Below are positions 13,332 through 25,949 of a stretch of DNA of 64,000 bases, piece after piece (position 1 is the stretch's first letter; the number at the start of each line of letters is the position of its first letter). Below the pieces are notes generated by a model. It was not told where the DNA came from. It was given only the letters and a program-made list of their open reading frames with translations, and ran no database searches. Position numbers and translations under genes: made by a program. Source of the stretch: Malacoraja senta (taxonomy: Eukaryota); NCBI GenBank assembly GCA_038087875.1, contig CM075991.1:7442001-7506000 (forward strand). Direction: 5' to 3'.

Positions 13332-14900
13332 TTAAGAAAGAACTGCAGATGCTGGAAAAATCGAAGGTAGACAAAAATGCTGGAGAAACTCAGCGGGTGA
13401 GGCAGCATGTATGGAGAGAAGGAATTGGCGATGTTTCGGGTCGAGACCATTCTTCAGACTGATTTCAGGGAAGGGGCAAAGAAAGAATGTAGGTGGTGGC
13501 AGTAAGACTGGTGGGAGAACTGGGAAGGGGGAGGAGATGGAGAGAGAAAGCAAGGGGTATCGAAAGTTAGAGAAGTCAATGTTCATACCGCTGGGGTGTA
13601 AACTACCCAGGCGAAATATGAGGTGCTGTTCCTCCAATTTGTGCTGGGCCTCACTCTGATAATGGAGGAGGCCCAGGACAGAAAGGTCAGATTGGCAATG
13701 GGTGGGGGAGTTGAAGTGCTGAGTCACCGGGAGATCAGGTAGGTCAAGACGGACTGAGCGGAGGTGTTCAGCGAAACGATCACCGAGCCTGCGCTTGGTC
13801 TCGCCGATGTAGAGAAGTTGACACCTGGAACAGCGGATACCGTAGATGAGGTTGGAGGAGGTGCAAGTGGACCTCTGCCTCACCTGGAAAGGCTGTTTGA
13901 GCCCTTGGATGGAGTTGAGGGGGGAGGTAAAGGGACAGGTGTTGCATCTCCTACGGTTGCAGGGGAAAGTACCCGGGGAAGGGGTGGTTTGGGTGGGAAG
14001 GGTCGAGTTGACCAGGGAGTTTCGGAGAGAACGTTCCCGGCGGAAAGCAGAAAGGAGTGGAGATTGGAAGATGTGGACAGTAATGGGATTCCGTTGGAGG
14101 TGGCGAAAATGTTGAAGGATTATATGCTGTATGCGACGGCTGATGGGGTGGGAGGTGAGGACAAGGGGGACTCTGTAAGAGTGGAGCTGCGGGATATCGA
14201 GGAGACCCTAGAGAGAGCCTCATCTATAATTGAAGAGGGGAACCACCATTCCCTAAAGAATGAGGACATCTCCGAAACCCTGGTATGGAAAACCTTGTCC
14301 TGGGCTCAGATGCGGCATAGACGGAGCAATTGGGACTATGGGATAGTCTTTACAAGAAGCAGGGTGGGAAGAAGTGTAGTCAAGATAGCCATGGGAGTCA
14401 TTAGATTTGTTGTAGATGTCGGTCAATAGTCTGTTTCCTGTGATGGAGACGGTGAGATCTAGAAATGATAGGGAGATGTCAGAGATGATCCAAGTAAATT
14501 TGAGTGCAGGATGGAAATTAGTGGTGAAGTTGATGAATCAGTGAGTTCTGCATGGGTGCAGGAGGTAGCACCAATACAGTCGTCAATGTAGCAGAGGTGG
14601 AGTTTGGGGATAGGGCCAGTGTACGCCTGGAACAAGGATTGTTCGACGTACCCTACAAAGAGGCAGGCATAGCTAGGGCCCATGCGAATGCCCATAGCTA
14701 CGCCTCGGATCTGGAGGAAGTGGGAGAAGTTGAAGGAGAAGTTGTTGAGGGTAAGGACCAGCTCTGCTAGGCAGAGAAGAGTATTGGTGGACGGAAATTG
14801 TCTGGTTCTGCGGTCGAGGAAGAAACAGAGGGCTTTAAGACCCTCCTGGTGGGGGATGGAGTTGTTGAGTGACTGGACATCCATAGTAAAGATGAGGGAG
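13332..14900 (-). mobile_element. Penelope-like retroelement (RT plus GIY-YIG endonuclease), 5'-truncated and frameshifted
   Basis: RT motifs MDVQSL..SIPH, GVAMG..MGPSYACLFVGYVE, YIDDC. GIY-YIG motif LIYGIRCSRCQLLYIGETKRRL. 3' terminal repeat carries a hammerhead-like motif. Confidence 0.92.
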
Positions 14901-15970
14901 TGATAAACAGAGGAAACATAAATTTTGGTGAAGATGAATCACAGTGGTAGAACCATGCCAACTGTGATGGTTCTAGGAAGGGATGAAACAGGTTCTGTCG
15001 CGATGACAAGTTCATGTTCCATTCATAATGAACTGGAACCATAACCAAAATTATAAATAAAGACACAATGTCTAAACAATACATTGTGCACCTTACATAT
15101 TGAAAGATAAGAAACAAAGTAAAATGCAAATAGGAAAGGAGTATATTGCTCCCAAATCTATGAATAGTAATTTTCTATTACTATTCATAGTCATAGTCAT
15201 AGTTATATTCATAGGTTTGGAACACATTGCCAAAAGTCCCACTGAGAGTTTTTGGAAGGCCAGTTATATCAGAAACAGATCACAAACCAATACTGGTAAT
15301 TTTTTACCTCAAATCTACTATATCCCCAATGGTAAAGTTGTGAGTGCTTATTTTGATTACTTTAGTATGACGAGAAGATTGAATGCAAGACCTGAAAGAA
15401 GGCGGCAGTGGCAGATGCAATATCAGAATCACCCCACATGTTCAAATATGAGATAGAAAATTACTATTCATACTCTTATTTGAATGAGTGACAATTTTTC
15501 TGTGAGTTTCAGAAATCGCAAACGAGACATGGAAAGATGGAGTTGCGAGTTGCGCTTACAAACATAGTCTTAGAGTTTGGTCAGGATTAGAGGGAAGACT
15601 TGAGATTATGATATTTCTGCTGAAAAACATTGCTGTGCATCCAAGGTATTTAATAAGGAGCATGCATGTGAGCACACAGTACCTGCTGTTCTAATACTAA
15701 TAATATCGACAGTTACATACAGAACAGAAGTCTCAGAATGCTGGAGTAGCTCAGTGGGTCAGACCGCATCTCGGGAGAAGATAGAGACATAATGCTGGAG
15801 TAACTTAGCGGGTCAGGCAGCATCTCCGGAGAACATGGATGGGCGACAGTTTGGGTCGTGACCCTTCTTTAGCTACCAACCCAAAACGCCGCCTAATCAT
15901 GTTCTCCTGAGATACTACGTGACCTGCAGAGCAACTCAAGCACTCTGTGTCTTCTCTTGTAAACCAGCAT

Positions 15971-16307
15971 CTGACCGCTCTCACCCTGGCCACAAACTCT
16001 TTGAATCACTTCCCTCTGGAAGGCGACTCCGGACTGTCAAAGCTGCCACAGCCAGACATAAAAACAGCTTTTTTTCCACGAGTAGTAGCTCTACTCAATA
16101 ACCAAAAATCTGTAGCCTCCTCTTGCTCTGGTATTTTACTTAATTCACATGTTTAATCGATAATGTTTTATTATTATTGTTTAATGTTTTATGTGTCATT
16201 CCTAACTGTCACTGTATGTCGTTGTCACTTGCGGGCGGAGCACCAAGGCAAATTCCTTGTATGTGAATACTTGGCCAATAAACTTATTCATTCATTCATT
16301 CATTCAT
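15971..16307 (+). mobile_element. Rex1/Babar-type LINE 3' fragment
   Basis: HPGHKLFESLPSGRRLRTVKAATARHKNSFF, then AATAAA and (TTCA)n tail. Near-identical to 23615-23998 and 28345-28856. Confidence 0.8.
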
Positions 16308-19300
16308 CTGAAGTTCCTCGTTTCTATGTGCTGGACACACTGGTCACTGGTGCTTTATTGACACATGTGCAAACGTGCAGGGTAATTCTTTTTTTTTGCA
16401 TACGGTTCAGTAAAATAATGCCTAACCTGAACACATTCCATGATTAGCAAAGTGTGCAGAAATAGTCCACTGAGACCGCATGCAAGAGATGTGTTTAAGA
16501 AGGAACTGCAGATGCTGGAAAATCGAAGGTAGACAAAAGTGCTGGAGAAACTCAGCGGGTGCAGCAACATCTATGGAGCGAAGGAAATAGGCAACGTTTC
16601 GGGCCGAAACCCTTCTTCAGACTGAAGAACCCGAAACGTTGCCTATTTCCTTTGCTCCATAGATGCTGCTGCACCCGCATGCAAGAGATGGCAGGTTTTG
16701 GTGTTCAGTCCAGTCCGTGCTCTTGGTCTTATGGTACTGAGTCATTTTGGGTTTTCTTGGGTTTTCTATATCAGCCAGGCTTGTGTAAAGATTAGAGGAG
16801 TTGACAGTGTACTGTATACAAGCACCAGAGAGCAACACCTCAGAGCAACACCTGCTAAGGTATCTGTGTCAGTGAGGACATGGTTGAAGAAATCCTTATA
16901 ACAAGTAAATATAGACTTTAATGAAAAGGGACTGAATTATTTCCTGACCCTATATTAGGAATCCTTGTTTCATAAGTTGTTGGAAGTTCCAAATGATGGG
17001 AGGTTTTACTGCTGCCTAATGGCCTTTGGATGACCTAAGAACATTTTTTACATGTCAGTGTCTACTAGATAAAATAGTCCTTGACAAATACTGGCATATC
17101 ATCTGTAGGAGTGTAAGGATTCTACGAAAAGGATAGCATCAAATGTATCGTCAGAGATTTAGGATTTCCGGCTGGTGACGGCGAATCCACCAGTAATGGA
17201 TTAGATAAGGGATAATCAAATGGGCAGAATTAGGGGAGCATAGAAATTGCAGACGGTTTCTGGGCCGGAGGAAGTCACAGAGATTGAGGAGGTGTGAGAA
17301 AATGAAGGCGCTTGAAAACTGGCTGAGCAATTTAACGTCTTTTAATGGATGAGAGAAAGCGCAAGCTTGTACATTACTAGGCTACATGTAGCATTTGATA
17401 GCATTTCCTGACAAGTTGTGTGGAAAATTGAAATGAAACGGCATGTAGAGATAGTGACAGCAATTTACAAAAAGGGCTTTGAATTTTCTTTCTCTTGTTC
17501 GGTCTGCAGAGAATCTGACTCGCATCTGATGGCACTCAGCTCTGTCACTTCCTGCCTTTGGCAAGATCGCACTAATTCCATTACTGAGGTGCAAGACAGC
17601 ATTGCAATGCGATGATGAGATGAAATACCTCTTCAAAAAGATACTGAGGCATTATGAAAGTTTGCAAGTCTTTTTGCTTCCCTCAGGGCCCAACAATACA
17701 TTCAGCCAGTTATCATTTCTTTTTGCTTTTCACCCACTACAAGGATAATACCACAGTAATGAGGAAAAGAAAGGGATTGATTTTGCAGAAGGTAAATGCT
17801 TGTCACAAAATCAGGTTGAGTGTGAAGTGAAGGAAGATTAAAAAGAAGTGAAAGCCATGGATAGATAAAATTGCAGGTTTTGTTTAAGCTAACAAGTATC
17901 TTGGCAACACAAGGCCTTCTATTCTGTTCACAGCTGTCGTCTGTTTCTGTCTTTGGCCACAAATTCTGAGTTTAGTTTAGTTTAGAGCTACAGCGCAGAA
18001 ACAGGCCCTTCGGCCCACCGAGTCCGCGCCGACCAGCGATACCCGTACATTAACACTATCCTACACCCTAGTGACAATAAATGCGAACTTGAACTTGTCT
18101 TCTCAATTTCCTATCTTCAAGTCAAGTCAAGTCAGTTTTATTCATCACATAAAGTGCAGTGAAATGAATTTGCCAGCAGCGGTACAATCAAAAAAAGAAC
18201 ACACAATACACAATAAAGATTTAACACAAACATCCACCACAGCATTCATCATTGTGGTGGAAGGCACAAAGTTTAGTCAGTCCGCCTCCATTTTTCCCCG
18301 TGGTCGGGACCATTAACCTCCGCAGTCACCACTGCGGGCGCCCAGATGTGCAGACAAGGTAAGTCCAGGTAAGTCCTGAATCGGTGCCTCCCCTCGGAGA
18401 CCACGGCTTCAAGATGGTGTAGGCCGCCGACTGAATGAATAATCGAAATCTCGAGGATTATCTCAAAAAAAGAATTGGGGAACTTAATCTTTATCCCTCA
18501 CAATGTTAATATGATTGTTTGTGGGAACTTGCTGCGCTCAATTTCTCTGCTGCAACTCCCTTCTTATAACAGTGGCGACACTTCAAAAGTAATTCATTGG
18601 CTCGAAAAGCAATTGTGGACACCCAGAGAGGGATATGAATGCCCATTTGGAAATCAAATCATTTTATCCATTTTTTTCCAGCAGTTTTCCATTCAGAGAT
18701 GTTCCACTGCATTTCACTGTTCAGTTGACATGGCCCATTTACCTGACATGCAATGTATATTACTCCCAAATGAAGTTAGATTATTGCGTTTTATGTCTTT
18801 TTAAAGCATCTTCGAATACGCAGCAATCCACTGTGTCATGATGTAATATCACATTCATGTGACTGGACTCTGTGACAACTCTGCACCACAAGTGTCTGAA
18901 ATTAAATAAAATGAACAGAGAATGCTGTAAACACTCAGCAAGTCTGGAAGCATCTGGAGAAAGAAACTTGGCAGGGTAAACGATGTAGGCAGCTCACTGG
19001 CTTAGGAGGAGGAGTGAGAATGAGTGACCAGCTGCATCAGAGGTGCCAGATATGCACCAAAGATCATGATACAGATGCATCTGAGCCCCATGCGCTGCCT
19101 CAAAGGGCAATTTACAGAGGACAATAAACCTACAAGCCTGCACGTCTTTGGGATGTGGGAGGAAACTGGAGCACCCGGAGGAAACCCACGCAGTCACAGG
19201 GAGAATGTGCACACACCATATAGACACCATCCAAGGTCAGAAATGATAGGAGCAGGATTAGGCCATTCGGCCCATCTAGTCTACTCCGCCATTCAATCAT

Positions 19301-19669
19301 GGCTGATCTATCTCTCCCTCCTAACCCCATTCCCCCTGCCTTCTCCCCATAACCCCTGACACCCGTGACCGAGGTCAGGATCGAAGTCTGGTCTCTGGCG
19401 CTGTGAGGCACCTGCTCTACCAGCTGCATCACAATGCTGCCCTAATCTTGATCCGCTTTAAGGGCTCATTGTCGCCAATGGTTATAACGTAATTTTAAAG
19501 GCTTTCAACACGATACGATAAGAGGGTTATAGATAGGCACATGGAAATGCAAGGAATGGTGGAGTATGGTTCATGTGCAGGCAGATTACATTATTTAATC
19601 TTAGCATCATGTTCGGTGCAAACATTGTGGGCAGAAGGGCTTATTCCTGTGCTGTACCGTTCTATGTTG

Positions 19670-21016
19670 TATATAAAGTAACTTCCCAAATTAAAGTAAC
19701 GCTGTGTGGCCTTTGATAAGCGAGTCAAATTTAATGAGGTGAAGGAGGAGGTGTTGAGTTGCTGGACTCTCCTAGAGAAGAACCAGTTCATTGGCTATAT
19801 TTAAGAGGGAGTTAGATGTGGCCCTTGTGGCTAAAGGGATCAGGGGGTATGGAGAGAAAGCAGGTACAGGATACTGAGTTGGATGATCAGCCATGATCAT
19901 ATTGAATGGCGGTGCAGGCTCGAAGGGCCGAATGGCCTACTCCTGCACCTATTTTCTATGTTTCTATGTTTCACAGAAAACCTGCAACTGCTAATTTCTG
20001 AGTGCAAAATAACTTTTGAACCTAAAAGGACACAGAGTAGCAAGGTCAGGCAGCATCTCTGCAGAACATGGAGAGGTGACCATTCGGGTCGAGACCCCTC
20101 TTCAGACTGATGCTGCTTGACCTGCTGGGCTACTCCAGCATCTACAGTTCCTTGTTTCCAACTTTTGAACCTAATGTGGTCGATGATCATCGAGTGTTTG
20201 CCAGTTCTTTATATCCTCTGCACTGCAAGAAATTGATAAGTAACTGTGATGGTTTGAGGATATTGAATATAATTCTGAGCATAGAAAGAAAGTCATCCTG
20301 ATTTAAGGTAGAAAGTTAATTTTGATAAGGTAGAAAGTTAATCGTTGATTTTTGGTGTGGTCGCGTATTGTTCATGATTCGCAAAGTGATGAAGATGTTT
20401 CTTGTTGTCAATTTTGATCAAACTATTTAGTATTTTCAGCTTGCAATAATAAAATACGCCTATAGCTGTAGAAGCTATAATTGAAAATTCTGCAGGAGGA
20501 ATAACCTGGTTATTGTGAAACTTTTCAGGTGCTAACCTCTTTGTTCCCATTGACACAATTGTTTTTATAATGTGGAAACAAGGAACTGCAGATGCTGGTT
20601 TACGCAAAAGGACACAAAGTGCTGGAGTAACTCACAGGGTCAGGCATCATCTCTTCCTCGCTCGTGTGTCAGACGTTTAGCTCACTGTTGGCTTCCATTG
20701 TCGTCCAACATGTTGACAGGATTGGTCGCCCGACGCGTCACAGAGTGCATCGTGTCCTCGTTTCCAGGGATCGCCACGAGGAGGCTTCTGTCATCATCTC
20801 CGGTATCATCTCTGGAGAACATGGATGTTCTCTGGAACGGAGATGCTGCTTGACCCACTGAGTTGCTCCAGCATTTTGTGTCCATTGTTTTTATAACACG
20901 GTTTTTGATAACTCAAGGATCCTTAGGATTGCAACTTTCATGTTGCAGCAGGAAAGGTTTATTCTCATGTTGGCAAGTACAGACTTTGATGCTCATTGGA
21001 AGATGCCTTTGAGAAG
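19670..21016 (-). pseudogene. Decayed IgSF remnant C: V-C1
   Basis: V: GIFQ*ASKSVLANMRINLSC and AEFSIIASTAIGVFYYCKLKI. C1: TTPKI, MTFFLCS, YPQTITVTY, NWFFSRRVQQ. Interrupted by insertions with TSDs (attgtttttataa; aacttttgaacctaa) and by CR1. Confidence 0.6.
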
Positions 21017-22160
21017 CTGATGGTGAAACACAATTTCAAATGCGGTCCTCTGCTTGGTATTTCCAGTGACAACAAAGAAACATCTGATGTTTTCCCATTA
21101 ACTTGCAGAGGGATTTTCCCAATGGTGGCGTCCCAATGCACTTACTTCCCTTGTCCTGCTTGATCTTAGAAATCAGAGGTTTTATGAGCTGCTGCCAAAG
21201 AGGTTTTGGCAAATTGCTGCTGTATCTTTTGTAGAATGACACATTGCAACTATTGTGTATGAGTAGAGGCTATTAGCTGTATGCAGAGTTTCAAAAAAAC
21301 TTTCTGTATCGTCGGAGGCTCTGGTAAGACCTGATAAATGTATATAAAATTATGAGAGACATAGATAGGGTAGACAGTCTAAACCTTTATCCGATGGTGG
21401 AAATGTCAATAACTAGAGGGTCATGTTTTTTTATACAGAGAGTGGTGGATGCCTGGAATGTGCTGCCAAGGGGTGGTGGTGGATGCAGATGCAAAAATGT
21501 GTTTAAGAGGCTTTTAGATGGGCATATGGAAATGCAGGAAAAAGAGGGATATGGTTCACATCCTTGGCAATAGGTTTGGCTCAGACATTTTGGGTTGAAG
21601 GGCCTGTTCCTGTGCTGTGCCATGAATGGTGGGGTCAGTGAATTTAAGGAAGGTGGAGAGAGTCAAGACTGTTTCATTGAAATACGTACCAAAACGAAGC
21701 AATGAAATTCTTACCTGCAGCACGATGTAATGTCAGTAGAGCAGGTCGCATCATCCTGGATGGTGTCCGGGTTATTGGGTATTGTCAGAGAGGCGGTCAC
21801 CCAGGGGGTGGAGAATATTCCACCGCACTCTGCCCGTCCGTACACATTCTGCCATATTTTGACTCCAGATTTGCAGCGTTATGGCTGGAGTTACAGCAAA
21901 CTGCTGTGGTAAACGACAAGAAGAATACAGACAATGATACAATCCTCCATTGTCAGAGTTTGGCCCAGCGCAAATTGGAGGAACAGCACCTCATATTTCG
22001 CTTGGGTAGTTTACACCTCAGCGATATGAACATTGACTTCTCTAACTTCAGATAGCCCTTGCTTTCTCTCTCCATCCCTTTCCCCTTCCCAGTTCTCTCA
22101 CCAGTCTTACCGTCTCCGCCTACATTCTATCTTTGTCCCGCCCCCTCCCCTGACATCAGT

Positions 22161-22188
22161 CTGAAGAAGGGTCTCGGCCCGAAACGTC
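22161..22188 (+). ncRNA. Minimal type-I hammerhead ribozyme motif in a Penelope terminal repeat
   Basis: CTGAAGA-A-GGGTC TC GGCCC-GAAAC-GTC: conserved core with stem II hairpin and a very short stem III. Confidence 0.7.
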
Positions 22189-22682
22189 GCCCATTCCTTC
22201 TCTCCAGAGATGCTGCCTGTCCCGCTGAGTTACTCCAGCATTTTGTGGCAGCAGGTTTAACAGCGGATTTTAACGCAACCAAGTTGTAACTAGTCCATTG
22301 ATCCTTACAGAATGCTCCTCAAGGACATGTGAGGACTCTCATGGAATTGATGGGACAGGACATAACCTTGGTGATAATTTGTCTTGATGGAAATTGTTGG
22401 TGCCTGGCATCAGCTTGGTCTGAATATTACTTATCATTTACATTCTGAATGAAGTTTATAACATGCCAGAGACACAGACTTCTTTGTTACTTAAGGAATT
22501 ATAAATGGAACTGAACACCAACTGATCATCAACATAAGTTTCAAGTTCTGGCTTTCTGACAAGAGGAAAGGTGATTAATGAACCAGTCTAGACATAGTTA
22601 CACCTGAGGAGCTCCTGTCATGATTTCCTGAGGCCCAGAGATTTCATCGCCCATAACTGCAACAACTTTTGATCCTGACCTC

Positions 22683-22986
22683 GGGCAGCGCAGTGGTGCA
22701 AGAGCAACAGTAGAGTTGCTGCCTTACAGCGATAGAGACCCGGGTTCGATCCTGACTACAGGTGCTGTCTGTATGGAGTTTGTACGTTCTCCCTGTGACA
22801 GCGTGGTTTTGCTTCCGGTGTTCCAGCTTCCTCCCACATTCCAAAGACATGCTGGTTTGTAGGTTAATTGGCTTCTGTAAATTTTCCCTGGTGGGCAGGA
22901 TAGAACTGGTGTATGGGTGATAAGTGATCGGCGTGGACTCGGTGGGACGAAGGGCCTGTTTCTACACTGTATCTCCAAATTAAACT
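22683..22986 (+). mobile_element. V-SINE (HE1-like)
   Basis: A/B boxes, V core and CR1-like tail. Confidence 0.8.
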
Positions 22987-23614
22987 ATAACATTGCCCCT
23001 AGTGTGTAGAAAGTGGATAAGAAAGTGGGATAGCATAAAACAAGTGTGAATGGGTGATCAATGGTTGGTGTTGGCTTGCTGGGCTGAAGAGTCTGTTTCC
23101 ATGCTGTATCTCTAAACTAAACTAAACGTTGCCCTGGGTGAGGTTAGCACGAGTGCCCTCAATCCTAGTGTGGAAACAAGGAACTGCAGATGTTGGAGTG
23201 CACAAAAGTACACAAAGTGTTGGAGTAAGTCAACTGGTCAGGCAGCATCTCTGGAGAACATGGATAGGCCACGATACAGGTTGGGACCTTTGGAAGATAA
23301 CACGAGTGTGGGTCCCAACCCAAAACGTCACCTATCCATGTTCTCCAGAGATGCTGCCAGACCTGCACTTTGTGTCCTTTCCCCTTGACACTCATGAAAA
23401 TTTACTAGACTTTCTGATCAAGGCAAAAATAATTATCTGAGTCGAGAGTTCCTTTCTGGACGAGGTGTTCATCCATTTATGTAGGAAGGAACTGCAGATG
23501 CTGGTTTACACCGAAGATAGACACAAAATGCTGAAGTAACTCTGCGGGACAGGCAGCATCAAACCGCTGAGTTACTCCAGCATTTTGTGTTCATCCAGTT
23601 GGGTGTTTTTGTCT

Positions 23615-23998
23615 AAGAACGGCCAGGAAGCGAGCGGGCAAGATCATCTCTGACCCCTCTCATCCTGGCCACAAACTCTTTGAATCACTTCCCTCTGGAA
23701 GGCGACTCCGGACTGTCAAAGCTGCCACAGCCAGACATAAAAACAGTTTTTATTCACGAGTAGTTGCTCTAATCAACAGCCAAAAATATGTAGCCTCCCT
23801 TTGATCTGGTATTTTGTTGGTTCACATGCTTGATCAATGGTGTTTTATCATTAATGTTTTATTATTATGAATGTTTAGTGTTTTCTGAGTGATTCGTAAC
23901 TGTCACTGTATGTCATGTTGTTACTTGTGGGCGGAGCACCCAGGCAAATTCCTTGTATGTGAATACTTGGCCAATAAACTTACTTACTTACTTACTTA
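23615..23998 (+). mobile_element. Rex1/Babar-type LINE 3' fragment
   Basis: Same family as 28345-28856. (TTAC)n tail. Confidence 0.8.
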
Positions 23999-24129
23999 GA
24001 AATTAAACAAAAATACTGCCGATGCAGGAATTCTTAAATAAAAAGAGACATCGCTGGAAACACTCAGCAAGTCAGGCAGCATTGTGGAAAGAAAAACATG
24101 TCCACATCTCAGGTTGAGACCCTTTGTCA

Positions 24130-24695
24130 AAGTATTTTAGTCCGACAGTGACAATGCAGTTCTTTCTCATCATTGATGTGACTCCTGGAGGCATCCATTA
24201 CCTTTGGCAAATCCAATCCAAAGTCCAAATGGTCAATTTAAATACTATTTCACGGTCATGATAACTCGTCTCTTTGATGTGGAGGTTTACCAATGCATTT
24301 TGAAGACAAAAGAAATTATAGAACAGAGGGTATTGCTGAATTTATGGAGTGGAACCCAGAGGTATATTGGATAAGTTGACAAGAGTTGTGCTGTTATCTA
24401 CTTTTTAAATGGCAGGAGAGTTCATTCCACAAAGAAGTAACAGATGTGTGCATGTAAATAACTGACAGCTCATTTATTGAACATTAACTAGATATTTTGG
24501 TTGCTATGCGGTTATTATTGATTTGAGCAAAGCTTGTATCAAACAGGGCGATGTTATCTGTCCCGGTTTCTAATAATACAATAGCCAGGGTGAGTTGTGA
24601 CTTTCTTGCATTGTAAATAATCTGGTAAATCCTGCTGCATAGCTCCGCTGCGTAGAGGACGCCCCAGCAGTAATGTTTAATTATCATTTTGTCAC
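24130..24695 (-). pseudogene. Decayed IgSF remnant D: antigen-receptor-like pre-joined VJ plus C1
   Basis: Strong phase-1 acceptor tttattttctgtcag. Then NITAGAS/AELCS; LYY*KPGQITSPCLI (24581-24537; TTG/TAG are one change each from W/Q, giving WYYQKPGQ); IATKIS/NVQ..VIY/C; DNSTTLV (24398-24378; two A-to-G changes give GNGTTLV). C1: NTLCSIISF..MHW and FKLTIWTLDW. Confidence 0.7.
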
Positions 24696-24874
24696 CTGAC
24701 AGAAAATAAATCAAATTTTCTCCTATGTATGTAAAATCCAGAAGCTCCGAGGCTGGTGTTGCTGGCTAAGTGAGTTCTAATCCTATCATGGCATCAGAGA
24801 GCTCAAAATGAAATGGTAACTAAATCTGGAATGAAAAGATAATATCACAATGCTGTTATCTTTCGAGGTGTTCA

Positions 24875-25162
24875 GTTCAGAGATACAGCGGGGAAACGGG
24901 CCGCTCGGCCCACCGAGTCCGCGCCGACCAGCGATCCCCGCACACTAACACCACCACACTAGGGCCAATTTTGCATTTACACCAAGCCAATTAACCGACC
25001 ACCCTATACGTCTTTGGAGTGTGGGAGGAAACTGAAGATCTCGGAGAAAACCCACGCAGGTCACGGGAAGAACGTACAAACTCCGTACAGACAGCAACCG
25101 CAGACAAGATCGAACCCAGGTCTCTGTAAGGTAGTAGCTCTACCACTACCCCACAGTGCCGC
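24875..25162 (-). mobile_element. V-SINE (HE1-like)
   Basis: Consensus motifs. Confidence 0.8.
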
Positions 25163-25701
25163 ACACGCCCAATTCATGTATCCAAAGCATTAATGAAAAA
25201 AATATATCGTTTGCCAATCTCGTTTATGTTAAAAAACTTCAATTCTGAACTGGTCTGCTTTTTTTATTCCATATGTTCTCGAAAATTACACAATGCAGGA
25301 GCAGTTAAGTATAGCAAATAAATGCTTGCCTTGGTTGTGATACGGATATCTCAAGAGCATGTAAACTAAAACATAGCCCGAGCACTGGCCCTGATGTCGC
25401 TGCCCGATTGCATCCTTCCAGTAACAAAATGACCTCCTTATCCTTACTCTCATAATACATTCAATCCCCGGAGCCCACGTAAGGTGTACTCCTCTTTATC
25501 GGCATTTCATTGGCCAAGATATATAATTACACAAAAAAATTAGAATGTGTCCAAGTAACTTAAAATTAGGATTATGTGTGGTTTATGAAGAACAGGTGCA
25601 CCATCTGTATGTGGAAATTATTTCAGGATTATTGTGCATTAAAAATATACTTGTTTGCAACCTGTGTTAAATAACAGCAACATGGTGAAGATGTACTTAT
25701 T

Positions 25702-25844
25702 AACGTGCAGGGTAATTCTTTTTTTTTGCATACGGTTCAGTAAAATAATGCCTAACCTGAACACATTCCATGATTAGCAAAGTGTGCAGAAATAGTCCAC
25801 TGAGACCGCATGCAAGAGATGTGTTTAAGAAGGAACTGCAGATG
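25702..25844 (+). repeat. Exact local duplicate of 16372-16514
   Basis: 119 bp of flank plus 24 bp of Penelope terminus are identical at an offset of 9330 bp. Confidence 0.95.
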
Positions 25845-25922
25845 TTGGACAATTGAAGGTAGACAAAAATGCTGGAGAAACTCAGCGGGTGAGGCAACAT
25901 CTATGGAGCGAAGGAAATAGGC

Positions 25923-25949
25923 GACGTTTCGGGTCGAGACCCTCTTCAG
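25923..25949 (-). ncRNA. Minimal hammerhead ribozyme motif (Penelope terminal repeat)
   Basis: Minus strand reads CTGAAGA GGGTC TC GACCC GAAAC GTC. Confidence 0.7.

Larger units (their letters stand above)
10429..17965 (+). pseudogene. Decayed multi-Ig gene remnant B: about six V-C1 units, an internal hydrophobic segment and a C-terminal TM, interrupted by many TEs
   Basis: Phase-1 acceptor tttctgttctcctcaaag at 10428. Approximate motifs in order: V NNV/LRC..KYFC, LEDAS, KGT/KLI (10455-10700); C1 GLSCQM, YYVNVIHLYMLKPP (10767-11405); V VSLKEDTSVSVQ* (11460); C1 TECFMVGG..IT*KW (11788); V LEVC*VHQQLYGLIE/NVSISCHF, SQLNI (12032-12330); C1 KLCSA, YVIWSR, ACKSKHLSV (12398-12877); V FECSI, EFQWYIS, VRSDGQCNC, ATKVELEI (13110-13330); C1 GRDETGSVAMTSS, YIVHLT (14976-15097); FLLLFIVIVIVIFIGL (15172-15219); V PQIYYIPNGKVV, KITIHTL, QFFCE..GKMELRV (15307-15551); C1 YLCQ/VR (16861); V PDPILG, FISC, SLTNTGI/ICRSV (16943-17115); C1 ATCSI..QVVWK, VECEVK (17381-17832); TM-like SILFTAVVCFCLW (~17920-17957). 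Confidence 0.6.

Noticed and set aside
13764..14429. 221-aa plus-strand ORF
   Set aside because: Antisense shadow of the Penelope ORF.
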